From positions 64,001 through 128,000 of the forward strand of contig CAVVJT010000004.1 of assembly GCA_963748625.1 (NCBI GenBank): a stretch of DNA of 64,000 nucleotides. Reading direction: 5' to 3'. Below, one piece after another: positions 48,827 to 58,399 of this stretch. A program made the translations under genes and the position numbers. The number at the start of each line of letters is the position of its first letter. The stretch's first letter is position 1. The stretch is from an uncultured Chloroflexia bacterium. GTDB taxonomy: Bacteria; Chloroflexota; Limnocylindria; Limnocylindrales; CSP1-4. The notes beneath the pieces are model-generated. The model worked only from the letters and a program-made list of their open reading frames with translations, made no database searches and was not told the DNA's origin.

Positions 48827-49914
48827 GAGCGGCTCCTCGTCGCGCCGGCCAGGGCAGCCTCCGGGATCTCCGGAGCCTCCGGATGCACCGCACCCGATCC
48901 GGCGGCAGGCGGCGCCTCGCGTCCGGCGCGCGACGTCGCGGCCCGACTGCCCCGCAGCAGCGAGGAGGCGAGGCTGAAGCGGTAGAGCTGTCCGACCGGG
49001 TCCGGAATGCCGTCGAGCACGGCGTCGATGGCCTCGGGCGTGTCCGCATCGATCACGGACGCCCAGGCCGACATCAGGCGGGCGCCGTAGTCGGTCACGC
49101 CGTCCGCGGGCCCGTAGCAGCCGATGCACTGGGCTCCGGCGGCGGGACACAGCGCGCCGCACCCGTCACGCGTTGCCGGGCCGTTGCAGGGGATCCCCTG
49201 CTCCAGCAGGCATACCGCTGGATCGAGCCTGGCGATCTCGGTGATGCGCACGAAGCGGCCGATCTTCTTGACATCGCGCGTCCGGGCGCACTCGTCGCAC
49301 ACGGTGGTCGAGCCGGCCCCGAGCACGGACCCTGCCGGCGGCAGTGGCCCGCGACCCTCGAGCGCGGCCACGACGGCATCGATGACCTCCGCGATCCGCG
49401 CGGACTCCGGCGGGCAGCCGGGCACCGAGTAGTCCACCGGCACCACCTGGTGGAGCGTCCGGAGCAGGGGCAGGAATTGCGGCAGGCGCAGCTCGCCATC
49501 CGGGGCCTGCCACGACGGCTGGGGTCGGACGTCGTCCGGGTTGTGCGTGCTCGTCCCGTGGGCGTACGAGGCGGCGAAGATCGCCGCCGGCGTCGACAGG
49601 TTGGCGAGGCCGGGGATGCAGCCCTCGTTGGCGCACGACCCGAAGGCGACCAGGATCCTCGACTTGCGCCGGAGCAGGTGGGCGAGCTCCTCGTTCTCGC
49701 TGCTCCGGATGCCACCCGAGAACAGCGTGACATCGATCCATCCGTCCGGCATCGCCTCGACGTCGCGGTACTTCGCGTCCATCACCGCGGGCCAGAACAC
49801 GATGTCGAACGCCGCCGCCACGTCGGCGATCCGCTCGTGCAGGTTGAGGACGGCGATGTCACAGCCGCCACACGCGGCAGCCCAGTACATCGCCAGGCGC
49901 GGCTTCTCGCTCAC
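48823..49914 (-). CDS. mvhG: [NiFe]-hydrogenase small subunit (MvhG-like)
   Basis: WAAACGGC, FGSCA, PGCPP, VCDEC, CLLEQGIPCNGPAT..GCGALCP..CIGCYGP; no Tat leader. Confidence 0.88.
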   Translation of the reverse strand: MSEKPRLAMYWAAACGGCDIAVLNLHERIADVAAAFDIVFWPAVMDAKYRDVEAMPDGWIDVTLFSGGIRSSENEELAHLLRRKSRILVAFGSCANEGCIPGLANLSTPAAIFAASYAHGTSTHNPDDVRPQPSWQAPDGELRLPQFLPLLRTLHQVVPVDYSVPGCPPESARIAEVIDAVVAALEGRGPLPPAGSVLGAGSTTVCDECARTRDVKKIGRFVRITEIARLDPAVCLLEQGIPCNGPATRDGCGALCPAAGAQCIGCYGPADGVTDYGARLMSAWASVIDADTPEAIDAVLDGIPDPVGQLYRFSLASSLLRGSRAATSRAGREAPPAAGSGAVHPEAPEIPEAALAGATRSRS

Positions 49915-50477
49915 GGCTGCACCCCCACCGGCTCGGGCGAGGCGTCCAGGACGCCGGGCACGGCCCCGTCCCGGACCTCCGCGACCATCCTTGCGACGAC
50001 CGCCCCGGCTCCGACCGGCGATGTGCTGCCGTCCCTGCCCCACGCGAGCGGTCCGAGCGCGCGCACCTCTTCGGTGACGCGCGTGATCTCCCGGGCCAGG
50101 CGCAGGCCCTCGGCCGCGCTCGCCCAGACCAGCTGGAGACGAGCCGGCTCGATGCCCAGGTCGGTGACAACGCGGCGCAGCACCTGGAAGCGGCGAAGTG
50201 CTTTCAGGTTCTGGACCTGGTAGTGACACTCGCCCGGCCAGCAGCCGCTGATCATGACGCCGTCCGCGCCCAGCGCGAACGCCTTGAGCACGAAGGTCGG
50301 ATCGAGGCGTCCCGAGCACATCAGCCGGACGAGGCGGATGTTCGGCGGGTATTTGATCCGGGCCGTGCCCGCCAGGTCCGCCGCCCGGTAGCTGCACCAG
50401 TTGCAGGTGAATCCGAGGATCACGGGCTCGAAGGTGGCTTGACCCGGCGTGGGGGCCGGGTCGGTCGTCGCGATCAT
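49911..50477 (-). CDS. mvhD: [2Fe-2S] subunit MvhD
   Basis: GFTCNWCSYRAADLAG, RLMCSGR, GADGV..GCWPGECHY, WASAAEG. Confidence 0.92.
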   Translation of the reverse strand: MIATTDPAPTPGQATFEPVILGFTCNWCSYRAADLAGTARIKYPPNIRLVRLMCSGRLDPTFVLKAFALGADGVMISGCWPGECHYQVQNLKALRRFQVLRRVVTDLGIEPARLQLVWASAAEGLRLAREITRVTEEVRALGPLAWGRDGSTSPVGAGAVVARMVAEVRDGAVPGVLDASPEPVGVQP

Positions 50478-52522
50478 GCGGGCACCGCCTCCGCCGTCGA
50501 TGGCGATCTTGTCGACAGGCCCGCCGCCGAGAGCGACAGGAGCCCCTCGATCTGGGCGAGGACCTGGGCATCCGAGAACCCCGTCCCACTCATGGCGCCG
50601 GCCGGGCATGCGGCGATGCACGTGCCGCAGCCCTGGCACAGCGCGGCATTCACTTCGCTGGTCATGCTGTCGTCATGGAACACGATGGCGTTGTAGGGGC
50701 ACAGGTCGTTGCAGATCCGGCACCCGGAGCAGCGCGCCTCGTCCACGCTGGCCCGGACGGGCTCCAGCGAGAGCACACCCTGGTGGATGCGGCCGAGGAT
50801 GCGCGCCGCCGCCGCGGAGCCGTTGGCCACGCTTGCCGGGATGTCGCGCGGACCCAGGGCGCAGCCCGCCGCGAAGACGCCCTCGGTCATGGTCGCGACC
50901 GGATCGAGCTTGGGGTGACGCTCGATGATCCAGCCGTCCGAGCTGCACGAGACCCCGAACCGCTGCGCCACCTCGCGTGCGTCGGACGGAGCTTCGAGGC
51001 CCGCGGACAGGACCACCATGTCGACCGGGATCCGGCGCTGCACGCCGGCGAGCGTGTCCTCGACCTGGATGACGAGTCGGCCCTGGTGCTCGGCCTCGTC
51101 GGGGAGGCGCAACGTGTCGGTGACGGCGGCCACCCGGCCGCGAACGAAGATGGTCCCCTCCTCGAGGACCCGCTGGTAGAACTCGTCGAAGGCCTTGCCC
51201 GGTGCGCGGATGTCGATGTAGAACTCGTACACCGTCGCGTCCGTGTGCTCCTTCACCAGGTGCGCGAACTTGAGGCTCTGCATGCAGCAGATCGCCGAGC
51301 AATAGCTGTTGAAGTTCCGATCCCGGCTGCCGACGCAGTGGATGATCCCCACCGCCTTCGGCTCGGTGACGCCGTCACGCATCACGATGCGGCCGCCGGT
51401 GGGCCCCGCGGCATTGGACAGTCGCTCGAACTCCAGGCTCGTGAACACGTTGGGCAGCACGCCGTACCCGTACGGCTCCACCCGGCGCGCGTCGAACAGC
51501 TCGTAGCCGGTCGCGATGACGATGTTGCCGACCTCGACCTCGACCTCGTCGTCCTGCTGGAGGAAGTCGATGGCCCCCGTCGGGCACACCTTCTGGCATG
51601 CCCCGCAGGTGCCCTTCTCGAAGTACACGCAGTTGGCGGAATCCAGGACCGGGATCTTGGGCACCGCCTGTGGGAACGGCGTGTAGATGCCCTTCCGCCA
51701 CCCGATCCCGGCCTCGAACTGCTCATCGACGACGTGGGAGATGCACTTCTCCTGGCAGAGCCCGCAGCCGGTGCACAGGTCGGCCCGCACGTGGCGTGCG
51801 CGGTGCCGGATGCGCACGGTGAATGCGCCGACATAGCCGGAGACATCCGTCACCTCGCTCCACGTGTGGAGGGTGATGTTCGGGTGGGAGCCCACCTCGT
51901 TCATCCTCGGCGTCAGGATGCAGGCGGCGCAGTCGAGCGTTGGGAAGGTCTTGTCGAATGAGGCCATGTGACCGCCGATCGACGGCTGGCGTTCCACGAG
52001 GTGGACCGGGTAGCCCGCGTCCGCGAGCTCGAGAGCCGCCGTGATGCCGGCGATCCCGCCGCCGACCACGAGTGTGGCCTCGTTGACCGGGACCCGGATC
52101 GGCTCCAGGGGCGCATGCTCCTCGATCCGGTAGACGCCGCCTGCGACCACGGCCTTGGCCTTCGCAGTCGCGGCCGCCCGGTCCGTGTGCACCCATGAGA
52201 CCTGCTCGCGCAGCGACACGAGCTCGCACAGGTACGGGTTGAGACCGGCCCGCTCGCAGGCCGTGCGGAAGGTCCGCTCATGCATGTGCGGCGAGCAGGC
52301 CCCCACGACGACACGGGTGAGCCCAAGCTCCGCGATGTCCTTCTCGATCAGCTCCTGGCCGGAGCTCGAGCACATGAACCGGTCGTCACGCGCGACGACC
52401 ACACCGCGGCCGGCGAGCTGCGTCGCGGCCCAGTCGCGCACCTCCTCCACGTCCACGGTGCCCGCGATGTTCGTGCCGCAGTGGCACAGGTAGACGCCGA
52501 TCCGCTGGGTCTCTCCGCTCAT
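50474..52522 (-). CDS. hdrA: Heterodisulfide reductase subunit A
   Basis: IGVYLCHCGTNIA, ACSPHMHE, VVGGGIAG, DKTFPTLDC, two ferredoxin inserts, HCVGSRD..YCSAICC, C-terminal 2[4Fe-4S]. Confidence 0.93.
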   Translation of the reverse strand: MSGETQRIGVYLCHCGTNIAGTVDVEEVRDWAATQLAGRGVVVARDDRFMCSSSGQELIEKDIAELGLTRVVVGACSPHMHERTFRTACERAGLNPYLCELVSLREQVSWVHTDRAAATAKAKAVVAGGVYRIEEHAPLEPIRVPVNEATLVVGGGIAGITAALELADAGYPVHLVERQPSIGGHMASFDKTFPTLDCAACILTPRMNEVGSHPNITLHTWSEVTDVSGYVGAFTVRIRHRARHVRADLCTGCGLCQEKCISHVVDEQFEAGIGWRKGIYTPFPQAVPKIPVLDSANCVYFEKGTCGACQKVCPTGAIDFLQQDDEVEVEVGNIVIATGYELFDARRVEPYGYGVLPNVFTSLEFERLSNAAGPTGGRIVMRDGVTEPKAVGIIHCVGSRDRNFNSYCSAICCMQSLKFAHLVKEHTDATVYEFYIDIRAPGKAFDEFYQRVLEEGTIFVRGRVAAVTDTLRLPDEAEHQGRLVIQVEDTLAGVQRRIPVDMVVLSAGLEAPSDAREVAQRFGVSCSSDGWIIERHPKLDPVATMTEGVFAAGCALGPRDIPASVANGSAAAARILGRIHQGVLSLEPVRASVDEARCSGCRICNDLCPYNAIVFHDDSMTSEVNAALCQGCGTCIAACPAGAMSGTGFSDAQVLAQIEGLLSLSAAGLSTRSPSTAEAVPA

Positions 52523-53550
52523 GAACCGGCCTCCCCGTGGCCCTGTGGCATGCGTGGCATCGGCAGCCCGTCGCCGCGCCGCGGACGAGGCGCCCGGCGC
52601 GGCGGGGATGTCGCCGTGCCGGCGCTGCCGCTGGGTCCTCCCGCCTCGGGGACAGGCACCTCGATCCCGATCCTGGCCAGCGCCCTGGACGCGCTGACCA
52701 CCTCGTCGCCGATCCCGAGGTCGTCGGCGGCCAGCCCGAACGCAAGACCCATCAGCTGGGTGAAGAACAGGATCGGCATCGCGAAGTCGGTATGGAAGCG
52801 GTGGTTGACCTCTCCCTGGTACAGGTCGATGTTCATCTGGCACATCGGGCAGATCGTGGCCATGATGTCCGCGTCGAGGCGCACTGCGCAGTCGAGCAGG
52901 CGCCGGATCATCTCGAGGCCCATGCCCGGCGAGATCTGCGAGAGGTGGCCGCCGCAGCAGTCGGTCCGCATCGGGTAGTCCACGACCTCGGCGCCGAGCG
53001 CCTCGAGCAGGCGGTCGAACGCGACCGGGTGCTCACGCTCCTTCCAGCGCTTCTCCGGGTCGGGCCGGGTCACCAGGCAGCCCAGGTACGGCACGACGCG
53101 CAGGCCGTGCAGCGGCCGGGTCACCTGGGCGTGGACCGCCTCGGCACCCACGTCGGCGACGATCACCTCGAACAGGTGGCGGACCTCGACGGAGCCCGGC
53201 GCGTAGGCGAGGCCACCCGCGTCGAGCGCCGTGTTCACCCGCTCGGCGAGCGCCGGATCCTCCTTGAGGTAGTGGTTCGTCTTGGCGAGGTTCACGTAGC
53301 ACTGGCTGCACGGCGCCACCAGCGTCCTCGTGCCGTTGGCGTCGCGCTGCGCAAGGGCCAGGTTGCGCGCGACGAGGGCATGGCCGCGGAGGGAGCCGAT
53401 GCTGAAGTACTCCCCGGCGCCGCAGCAGTTCCAGTCGTCGATCTCGTGGAGGCCGATCCCCAGCCTCGCCGCCACTGCGGCCAGTGACGTCGCGTAGCCC
53501 TTGGCCGTCCCGTCCATGGAGCAGCCGGGGTAGTAGAGCAGCTCGCTCAC
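52519..53550 (-). CDS. hdrB: Heterodisulfide reductase subunit B
   Basis: YYPGC..WNCCG..PCSQC and YLGC..DCCG..CPMC (two CCG domains). Confidence 0.92.
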   Translation of the reverse strand: MSELLYYPGCSMDGTAKGYATSLAAVAARLGIGLHEIDDWNCCGAGEYFSIGSLRGHALVARNLALAQRDANGTRTLVAPCSQCYVNLAKTNHYLKEDPALAERVNTALDAGGLAYAPGSVEVRHLFEVIVADVGAEAVHAQVTRPLHGLRVVPYLGCLVTRPDPEKRWKEREHPVAFDRLLEALGAEVVDYPMRTDCCGGHLSQISPGMGLEMIRRLLDCAVRLDADIMATICPMCQMNIDLYQGEVNHRFHTDFAMPILFFTQLMGLAFGLAADDLGIGDEVVSASRALARIGIEVPVPEAGGPSGSAGTATSPPRRAPRPRRGDGLPMPRMPQGHGEAGS

Positions 53551-54134
53551 GACGTGCCCTCCAGCTCCTCCGCCCGGTCGAGGATCGCCTGCAGGCCCCT
53601 GACGTCCCGGATCCGGTGCGGACGCAGCTCCATCCGGCCGCTCGCGAGCATGCTCATGCCAGCCGAGGCCATGCCTGGGATGCGGGCCGGGAAATGGCGC
53701 ATGTAGTGCTTCGCCACCAGTCCGATCTCGAAGCTGCGCCCGTAGCGCCACACGTTCGCCACGAAGGTCCGGGCGAAGGCCGGGGCGGCCGAGTTGTGCG
53801 ACCGGCCCTCGCGCCCGGCGATGCTCTTGATGGCGTACATGACGTCCGGGATGTGCACCTCCTGGGGGCACCGGACGGCGCAGTAGTAGCAGGACACGCA
53901 CATCCACGGCGTGTTGCTGGCCAGCACGGCGCCGCGCATGCCGGCGCGGGCCATCGCGAACAACTGGCGGGGCGTGTGGTCCATGTCCGCGGCCGAGGGG
54001 CACGAGCCCCCGCAGGTCCCGCACTGGATACACATCTGCAGGCGGGTGTCGCCGGCCGACGCCGCGATCACCTCCGCGAGGAACCCGTGGTCCATGGGCA
54101 ACTTGGTGCCCAGCTCGCCCGCTGTGACTGCCAT
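53547..54134 (-). CDS. hdrC: Heterodisulfide reductase subunit C
   Basis: CIQCGTCGGSCP and WMCVSCYYCAVRCP. Confidence 0.9.
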   Translation of the reverse strand: MAVTAGELGTKLPMDHGFLAEVIAASAGDTRLQMCIQCGTCGGSCPSAADMDHTPRQLFAMARAGMRGAVLASNTPWMCVSCYYCAVRCPQEVHIPDVMYAIKSIAGREGRSHNSAAPAFARTFVANVWRYGRSFEIGLVAKHYMRHFPARIPGMASAGMSMLASGRMELRPHRIRDVRGLQAILDRAEELEGTS

Positions 54135-54416
54135 GCCGATCCTGCCTCCCGCGGACGAGACTCGTCGAGGCCGGTACCGGTCGGGGCATCGGTGACGAGC
54201 CCGTAACTGGCGCTCGGTGATCGGGCCGGGGGGCCGGGGCGACGGCGATGGACCGGGACGGTCGGGCGGATCCGGCCGCAGCCCAAGTGAACGGGCTACG
54301 GTGGGCTGCTGCCAAGTGCCGATCCGCACGCCCGAGGGCGCCGGATAGCAGCCAACCGTGCGCCGCGGGGCAGTTGCGTCCGACGCGCGGGCCGCTCAGC
54401 CTCCGGCACGGATGGA

Positions 54417-55706
54417 TCAGCCGTGCTTGTGGCTCGCCTCCGCGCGGGCGAGATCACGGGCGAGGTCGGCAAGGGGGACCACCTTCTGGGTCCCGGCGAG
54501 CAGGTCGCGCAGCTGGACATCCCCCTGGGCGAGCTCGTCGCCCAGGATCACCGCGAAGTGCGCCCCGTCCTTGCCCGCGCCTTCCAGCTGCCGGCCGAGC
54601 TTGCGGCGAGCCAGGTCCGCTCGGACGCGCAGGCCTGCTGCCCGCAGGTCCGTGGCCACCTTGAGACGGCCGACGGTGTCCGCCGGGTCCGCCCCCACGA
54701 CCACCGCGAGCGGACCCTCCGCCGGCGGCGCCTCGCCTCCGGCCTGCTCTGCAAGCACCAGGGCGACACGGTCGAGCCCCAGACCGAACCCGATGCCGGG
54801 CGTGGGCTTGCCCCCCAGGAGCGCCACGAGCCCGTCGTAGCGGCCACCGCCGCCCAACGCCTGCTGCTGGCCCTCGCGACCGGCAACGTAGAACTCGAAC
54901 GCGGTACGGGTGTAGTAGTCGAGGCCGCGGACGAGGCCAGGCTCCACGCGGTACGGGACACCCAGGGCCGAGAGGTGCGCCTTGACGCTCTCGAAATGCG
55001 CCGCGCACGCCTCGCAGAGGTTGTCGGTGATGCGCGGCGCGGCGGCGTTGAGGTCGGCCATCGCCGGGTCCTTGGAGTCCAGCAGGCGCAGTGCGTTGCG
55101 CTCGAGCCGGTCCAGCTCGGTCGGCGGGAGCCTGTCGATGTGGGCGCGGTAGTACCCCACGAGCACCCCGATGTACGCAGGCCGGCACGCAGGATCACCG
55201 ATGGAGTTGACCAGCACCTCGACGCCCTGGACGCCCACCTCCGTGTAGAAGCGGTGGCCCAGCTCGATGATCTCGGCATCGATCGCAGGTCCGGGATCCC
55301 CGATCGCTTCGACGTCGAACTGCCAGAACTGGCGGTAGCGTCCAGCCTGCGGCCGGTCGTAGCGGAACATCGGGCCCGTCGTGGTGAGCTTCACCGGCTG
55401 CGGCCACGTCTGCATCCCGTGCTGGACATAGGCCCGGACGATGCCTGCCGTGGGCTCCGGGCGCAGGGCCCAGGCCTCCGCCTCCTCGGTGCGCGGCGCG
55501 ATCCTGAACAGCTCCTTCTCGACCACGTCGGTGACCTCGCCGATCCCCCGCTCGAAGACGGACGCCTGCTCGAAGAGGGGCGTCTCGATGCCCCGGTAGC
55601 CGTACCGGGCGGTCAGCGAGGCGGCGGTGCGCTGAAGACGGTCGAAGACCGCACGATCGTCGGGAAGGAGGTCACGGGTGCCCCGGGGGGCGCGGAAGGT
55701 CGGCAT
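54417..55706 (-). CDS. hisS: Histidine--tRNA ligase
   Basis: PRGTRD, LRPEPTA, FRYDRPQAGRYRQF, LVRGLDYY, GGRYDGL, GLDR. Confidence 0.97.
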   Translation of the reverse strand: MPTFRAPRGTRDLLPDDRAVFDRLQRTAASLTARYGYRGIETPLFEQASVFERGIGEVTDVVEKELFRIAPRTEEAEAWALRPEPTAGIVRAYVQHGMQTWPQPVKLTTTGPMFRYDRPQAGRYRQFWQFDVEAIGDPGPAIDAEIIELGHRFYTEVGVQGVEVLVNSIGDPACRPAYIGVLVGYYRAHIDRLPPTELDRLERNALRLLDSKDPAMADLNAAAPRITDNLCEACAAHFESVKAHLSALGVPYRVEPGLVRGLDYYTRTAFEFYVAGREGQQQALGGGGRYDGLVALLGGKPTPGIGFGLGLDRVALVLAEQAGGEAPPAEGPLAVVVGADPADTVGRLKVATDLRAAGLRVRADLARRKLGRQLEGAGKDGAHFAVILGDELAQGDVQLRDLLAGTQKVVPLADLARDLARAEASHKHG

Positions 55707-55714
55707 CGGCGCCA

Positions 55715-55720
55715 AGGATA
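55715..55720 (-). promoter_or_regulatory. Putative -10 box TATCCT, 8 nt before the hisS ATG
   Basis: TATCCT-TGGCGCCG-ATG. Confidence 0.5.
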
Positions 55721-55766
55721 GCCGGGCGGCCCTTCGTGCGGCGGACCCTGGCCCCTGCGGCCGAGA

Positions 55767-56117
55767 TCACACCGGGTGCATCAGCCAGACGAACCCGATC
55801 GCCACGACGGCGATCACCATCGCCACCAGCGTCGCCACCAGCACGGACGTGCCGGCGGGCCTGAACGACGCATCGTCGATCCGCCGTGTGCCCACCCGGT
55901 AGCGATGGAGGCCCACCCCGACGGTGAACGCGCCCATCGCGATCACCGCGGTGGACAGCAGGCCCACGACCGGGATGCCGGGCACCACGTCGGGGTCCAG
56001 GAACTGCGCGGCCGCGAGTCCGAGGGCGATCAGCGTGATGCCAGTGCGGAGCCAGGCCAGGTACGTCCGCTCGTTGGCGAGGTGGGTGCGCGCCCGGGAG
56101 TCGGCATCGATCTCCAT
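55767..56117 (-). CDS. DUF202 (YidH-like) membrane protein
   Basis: RTHLANERTYLAWLRT signature; 3 TM; TATCCT 6 nt before the ATG. Confidence 0.9.
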   Translation of the reverse strand: MEIDADSRARTHLANERTYLAWLRTGITLIALGLAAAQFLDPDVVPGIPVVGLLSTAVIAMGAFTVGVGLHRYRVGTRRIDDASFRPAGTSVLVATLVAMVIAVVAIGFVWLMHPV

Positions 56118-56158
56118 GGCGACAGGATATGCCCTCGGGCGCGGGCGCCAGGACAGAC

Positions 56159-56194
56159 CCTAACGTTTACGTGAGCGGTAAGGTTTGGTAGGCT
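56159..56194 (+). promoter_or_regulatory. Promoter (TTTACG-N17-TAGGCT) overlapped by an imperfect palindrome; probable MerR-type operator
   Basis: CCTAACGTTTACGTGAGCGGTAAGGTTTGG; the -10 box lies 6 nt before GTG 56201. Confidence 0.6.
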
Positions 56195-56200
56195 TCCCCG

Positions 56201-56710
56201 GTGCACTCTGAAACCACCGCTCCTGGCGCCGGGCGTCTCCTGCGTATCCAGGAGGCCGCCTTCGAGACCGGCCTGACGCCGCGTTCGATCCGCTACTACG
56301 AGGAGCTGGGTCTCCTCTCCCCTGCCGCACGCTCGGACGGCGCCTACCGGCTGTACGACCCGGATGATCTGGAGCGCCTGCGCTTCATCCGCGGCCTCCG
56401 TGATGACGCCGGGTTCTCCCTCGCCGAGATCGGCGAGCTCCTGGGTGACGAGCAGGCACGGGCCCGCAACCGGGCGCTGTTCGAGGTGGCCCACAGCAAC
56501 ACGGAGCGTCTGCCGATCGTGCTCGACGCGCTCGAGCGGGTCGGACGCCAGGTCGCCACCCTCCAGCGCAAGATCGCCCGGCTCGATCTGATGGTGACCG
56601 ACGCCGAGGCGCGCAGGGCCCATCTGCAGGCCCATCTCGACGATATCGAGGCGGGGCGCGAGCCCTCGCACCAGCATGCCGACTCCGCCACGGCGAGGAC
56701 CACCCCGTGA
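56201..56710 (+). CDS. MerR family transcriptional regulator
   Basis: LRIQEAA..TGLTPRSIRYYEELGLL.P..RSDGAYRLY..GFSLAEI. Confidence 0.93.
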   Translation: MHSETTAPGAGRLLRIQEAAFETGLTPRSIRYYEELGLLSPAARSDGAYRLYDPDDLERLRFIRGLRDDAGFSLAEIGELLGDEQARARNRALFEVAHSNTERLPIVLDALERVGRQVATLQRKIARLDLMVTDAEARRAHLQAHLDDIEAGREPSHQHADSATARTTP

Positions 56711-58113
56711 CGAACAGCCCGGCCCGCATCCCGCGCGCCACTAGCGCCGGCTCAGGCTCGGCGGCGGGCTCGGGCTCGGGCCCGGGCTCCCGCCTTGCGG
56801 CCGGCGGGCGTGCGTTCCGGCACCGCAACTACCGCCTCTTCTTCGGCGGCCAGCTCGTGTCGCTCATCGGCACGTGGATGCAGCAGGTCGCCCAGGCCTG
56901 GCTGGTGCTGCAGCTCACGCACGACCCACTCGTCCTGGGCATGGTCACCGCGCTCGCCTTCCTGCCGGTGCTGGTGCTCGGCCTGTTCGGCGGACTCATC
57001 GCGGACTCGCTGCCCAAGCGCCGCACGCTGATCGCCACGCAGGCGGTCCAGATGACGCTTGCCTTCATCCTGTTCGGCCTGGTCGTGACGGACACCGTGC
57101 AGGTCTGGATGATCATGGTCCTCGCCCTGTGCCTGGGCGTCACGAACGCCGTGGACATGCCGACCCGCCAGGCGTTCACGGTGGAGATGGTCGGTCGCGA
57201 GGATGTGCCCAACGCGATCGCGCTCAACTCCGCCATCTTCAACGGAGCGAGGATCATCGGACCGGCGGTCGCGGGGCTGACCATCGGCTTCTTCGGCGGC
57301 GATGTCGCCATCGCCTTCCTGCTCAACGGCCTGAGCTTCGCCGCCGTGATCGGGGCCTATGCACTGATGCGGGAGGACCAGCTCTCCACACCGCCGGTCA
57401 TCGCCCGGGCCCGGAGCGTCGCGGAGGTCCGCGGCCAGCTCGCCGAGGGAATCCGCTACGTCGGCCGGACCGACATGGTGCTCCTGGTGGTGGTGACGGT
57501 CGGAGTCGTGTCCACGTTCGCGATGAACTTCGGCGTGATGATCCCGGCCCTCGCGGACCAGGTGCTCAACACCGACGCCACAGGCTTCGGCTTCCTCATG
57601 ACGGCGACCGGGATCGGGTCGCTGGTGGCCGCCCTCGGGATCGCCTTCTCGGGGCGCTCACGGCCGGCCTTCGTGCCGCTCGGTGCGCTGGTCCTGGGCG
57701 TCTCGCTGGTCGCGGCATCGGCCACCCAGGCCTACGGTCCCTCGCTGCTCGCCATGGTGTTCGTGGGGATGGGCGCCATTGGCATGGCGGCCACCGCCAA
57801 CACGGTGGTCCAGATGGCTGTGCCCGACGAGCTGCGCGGGCGTGTCGTGAGCGTCTACACGACGGTGTTCGTCGGCTCGACCCCGCTGGGCGGCCTGCTC
57901 ATCGGGTGGCTGGCCAGCTCGTTCGGCGTGGACACGTCCCTGCTGGTCGCGGGTGTCGCCTCCCTGGTCATGGGTTCGATCAGCCTCCTGTGGATGCGCC
58001 GGATCCGCGGCGCACGCTTCCTCGCCCCTGCGACCACGGCGCCACGCCCTGCGCCCACGGCGCCACGCCCTGAGCCCCACAGCGCGCCCGAGGCCCCCTC
58101 GCCCACCCCCTGA
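56707..58113 (+). CDS. MFS transporter (MFS_3/DHA3-like)
   Basis: HRNYRLFFGGQLVSLIGTWMQ, GGLIAD..PKRR, DMPTRQ, ARIIGPA, LRGRV; GTGA overlap with the regulator. Confidence 0.92.
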   Translation: MTNSPARIPRATSAGSGSAAGSGSGPGSRLAAGGRAFRHRNYRLFFGGQLVSLIGTWMQQVAQAWLVLQLTHDPLVLGMVTALAFLPVLVLGLFGGLIADSLPKRRTLIATQAVQMTLAFILFGLVVTDTVQVWMIMVLALCLGVTNAVDMPTRQAFTVEMVGREDVPNAIALNSAIFNGARIIGPAVAGLTIGFFGGDVAIAFLLNGLSFAAVIGAYALMREDQLSTPPVIARARSVAEVRGQLAEGIRYVGRTDMVLLVVVTVGVVSTFAMNFGVMIPALADQVLNTDATGFGFLMTATGIGSLVAALGIAFSGRSRPAFVPLGALVLGVSLVAASATQAYGPSLLAMVFVGMGAIGMAATANTVVQMAVPDELRGRVVSVYTTVFVGSTPLGGLLIGWLASSFGVDTSLLVAGVASLVMGSISLLWMRRIRGARFLAPATTAPRPAPTAPRPEPHSAPEAPSPTP

Positions 58114-58256
58114 CCATGCGACCGGGGTCGGGTGGTCCGCCGTCCCCCAGCCAGGGGGCGTTGCAGACCCTGGCGTGCAGAACTCAGCCCCCAAGTTGTC
58201 GAATCAGCGGGTGAGCCACACGGGAACGGCACCGACTTCCCCCATACCTGGGGTGC

Positions 58257-58380
58257 GGCGGGCGCTGGGGGATCGGCGGGCGCTGGGGGATCGGCGGGCG
58301 CCTTGGATCGCGAGGCGCTGGGCCGACCGAGGCCGGACAGCGCGCCGGGCCGACCGAGGCCGGACCCCGCGCCGGACCCG
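58257..58380. repeat. GC-rich short repeats (18-bp ggcgggcgctgggggatc x ~3; gggccgaccgaggccggac x2) between convergent genes
   Basis: Direct inspection. Confidence 0.7.
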
Positions 58381-58399
58381 TGCGTGGAGGGCGCGGGTC

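Noticed and set aside
47336-52522. Selenocysteine recoding in HdrA, MvhD or MvhA
   Set aside because: The frames are open and have Cys at the relevant motifs (DPCFGC, CNWC, CHC); no in-frame TGA.
46500-54417. Direct repeats or att sites flanking the hdr-mvh operon
   Set aside because: Only a short GC-rich match (cggcacgg) was seen, not above chance, and no mobility gene is adjacent.
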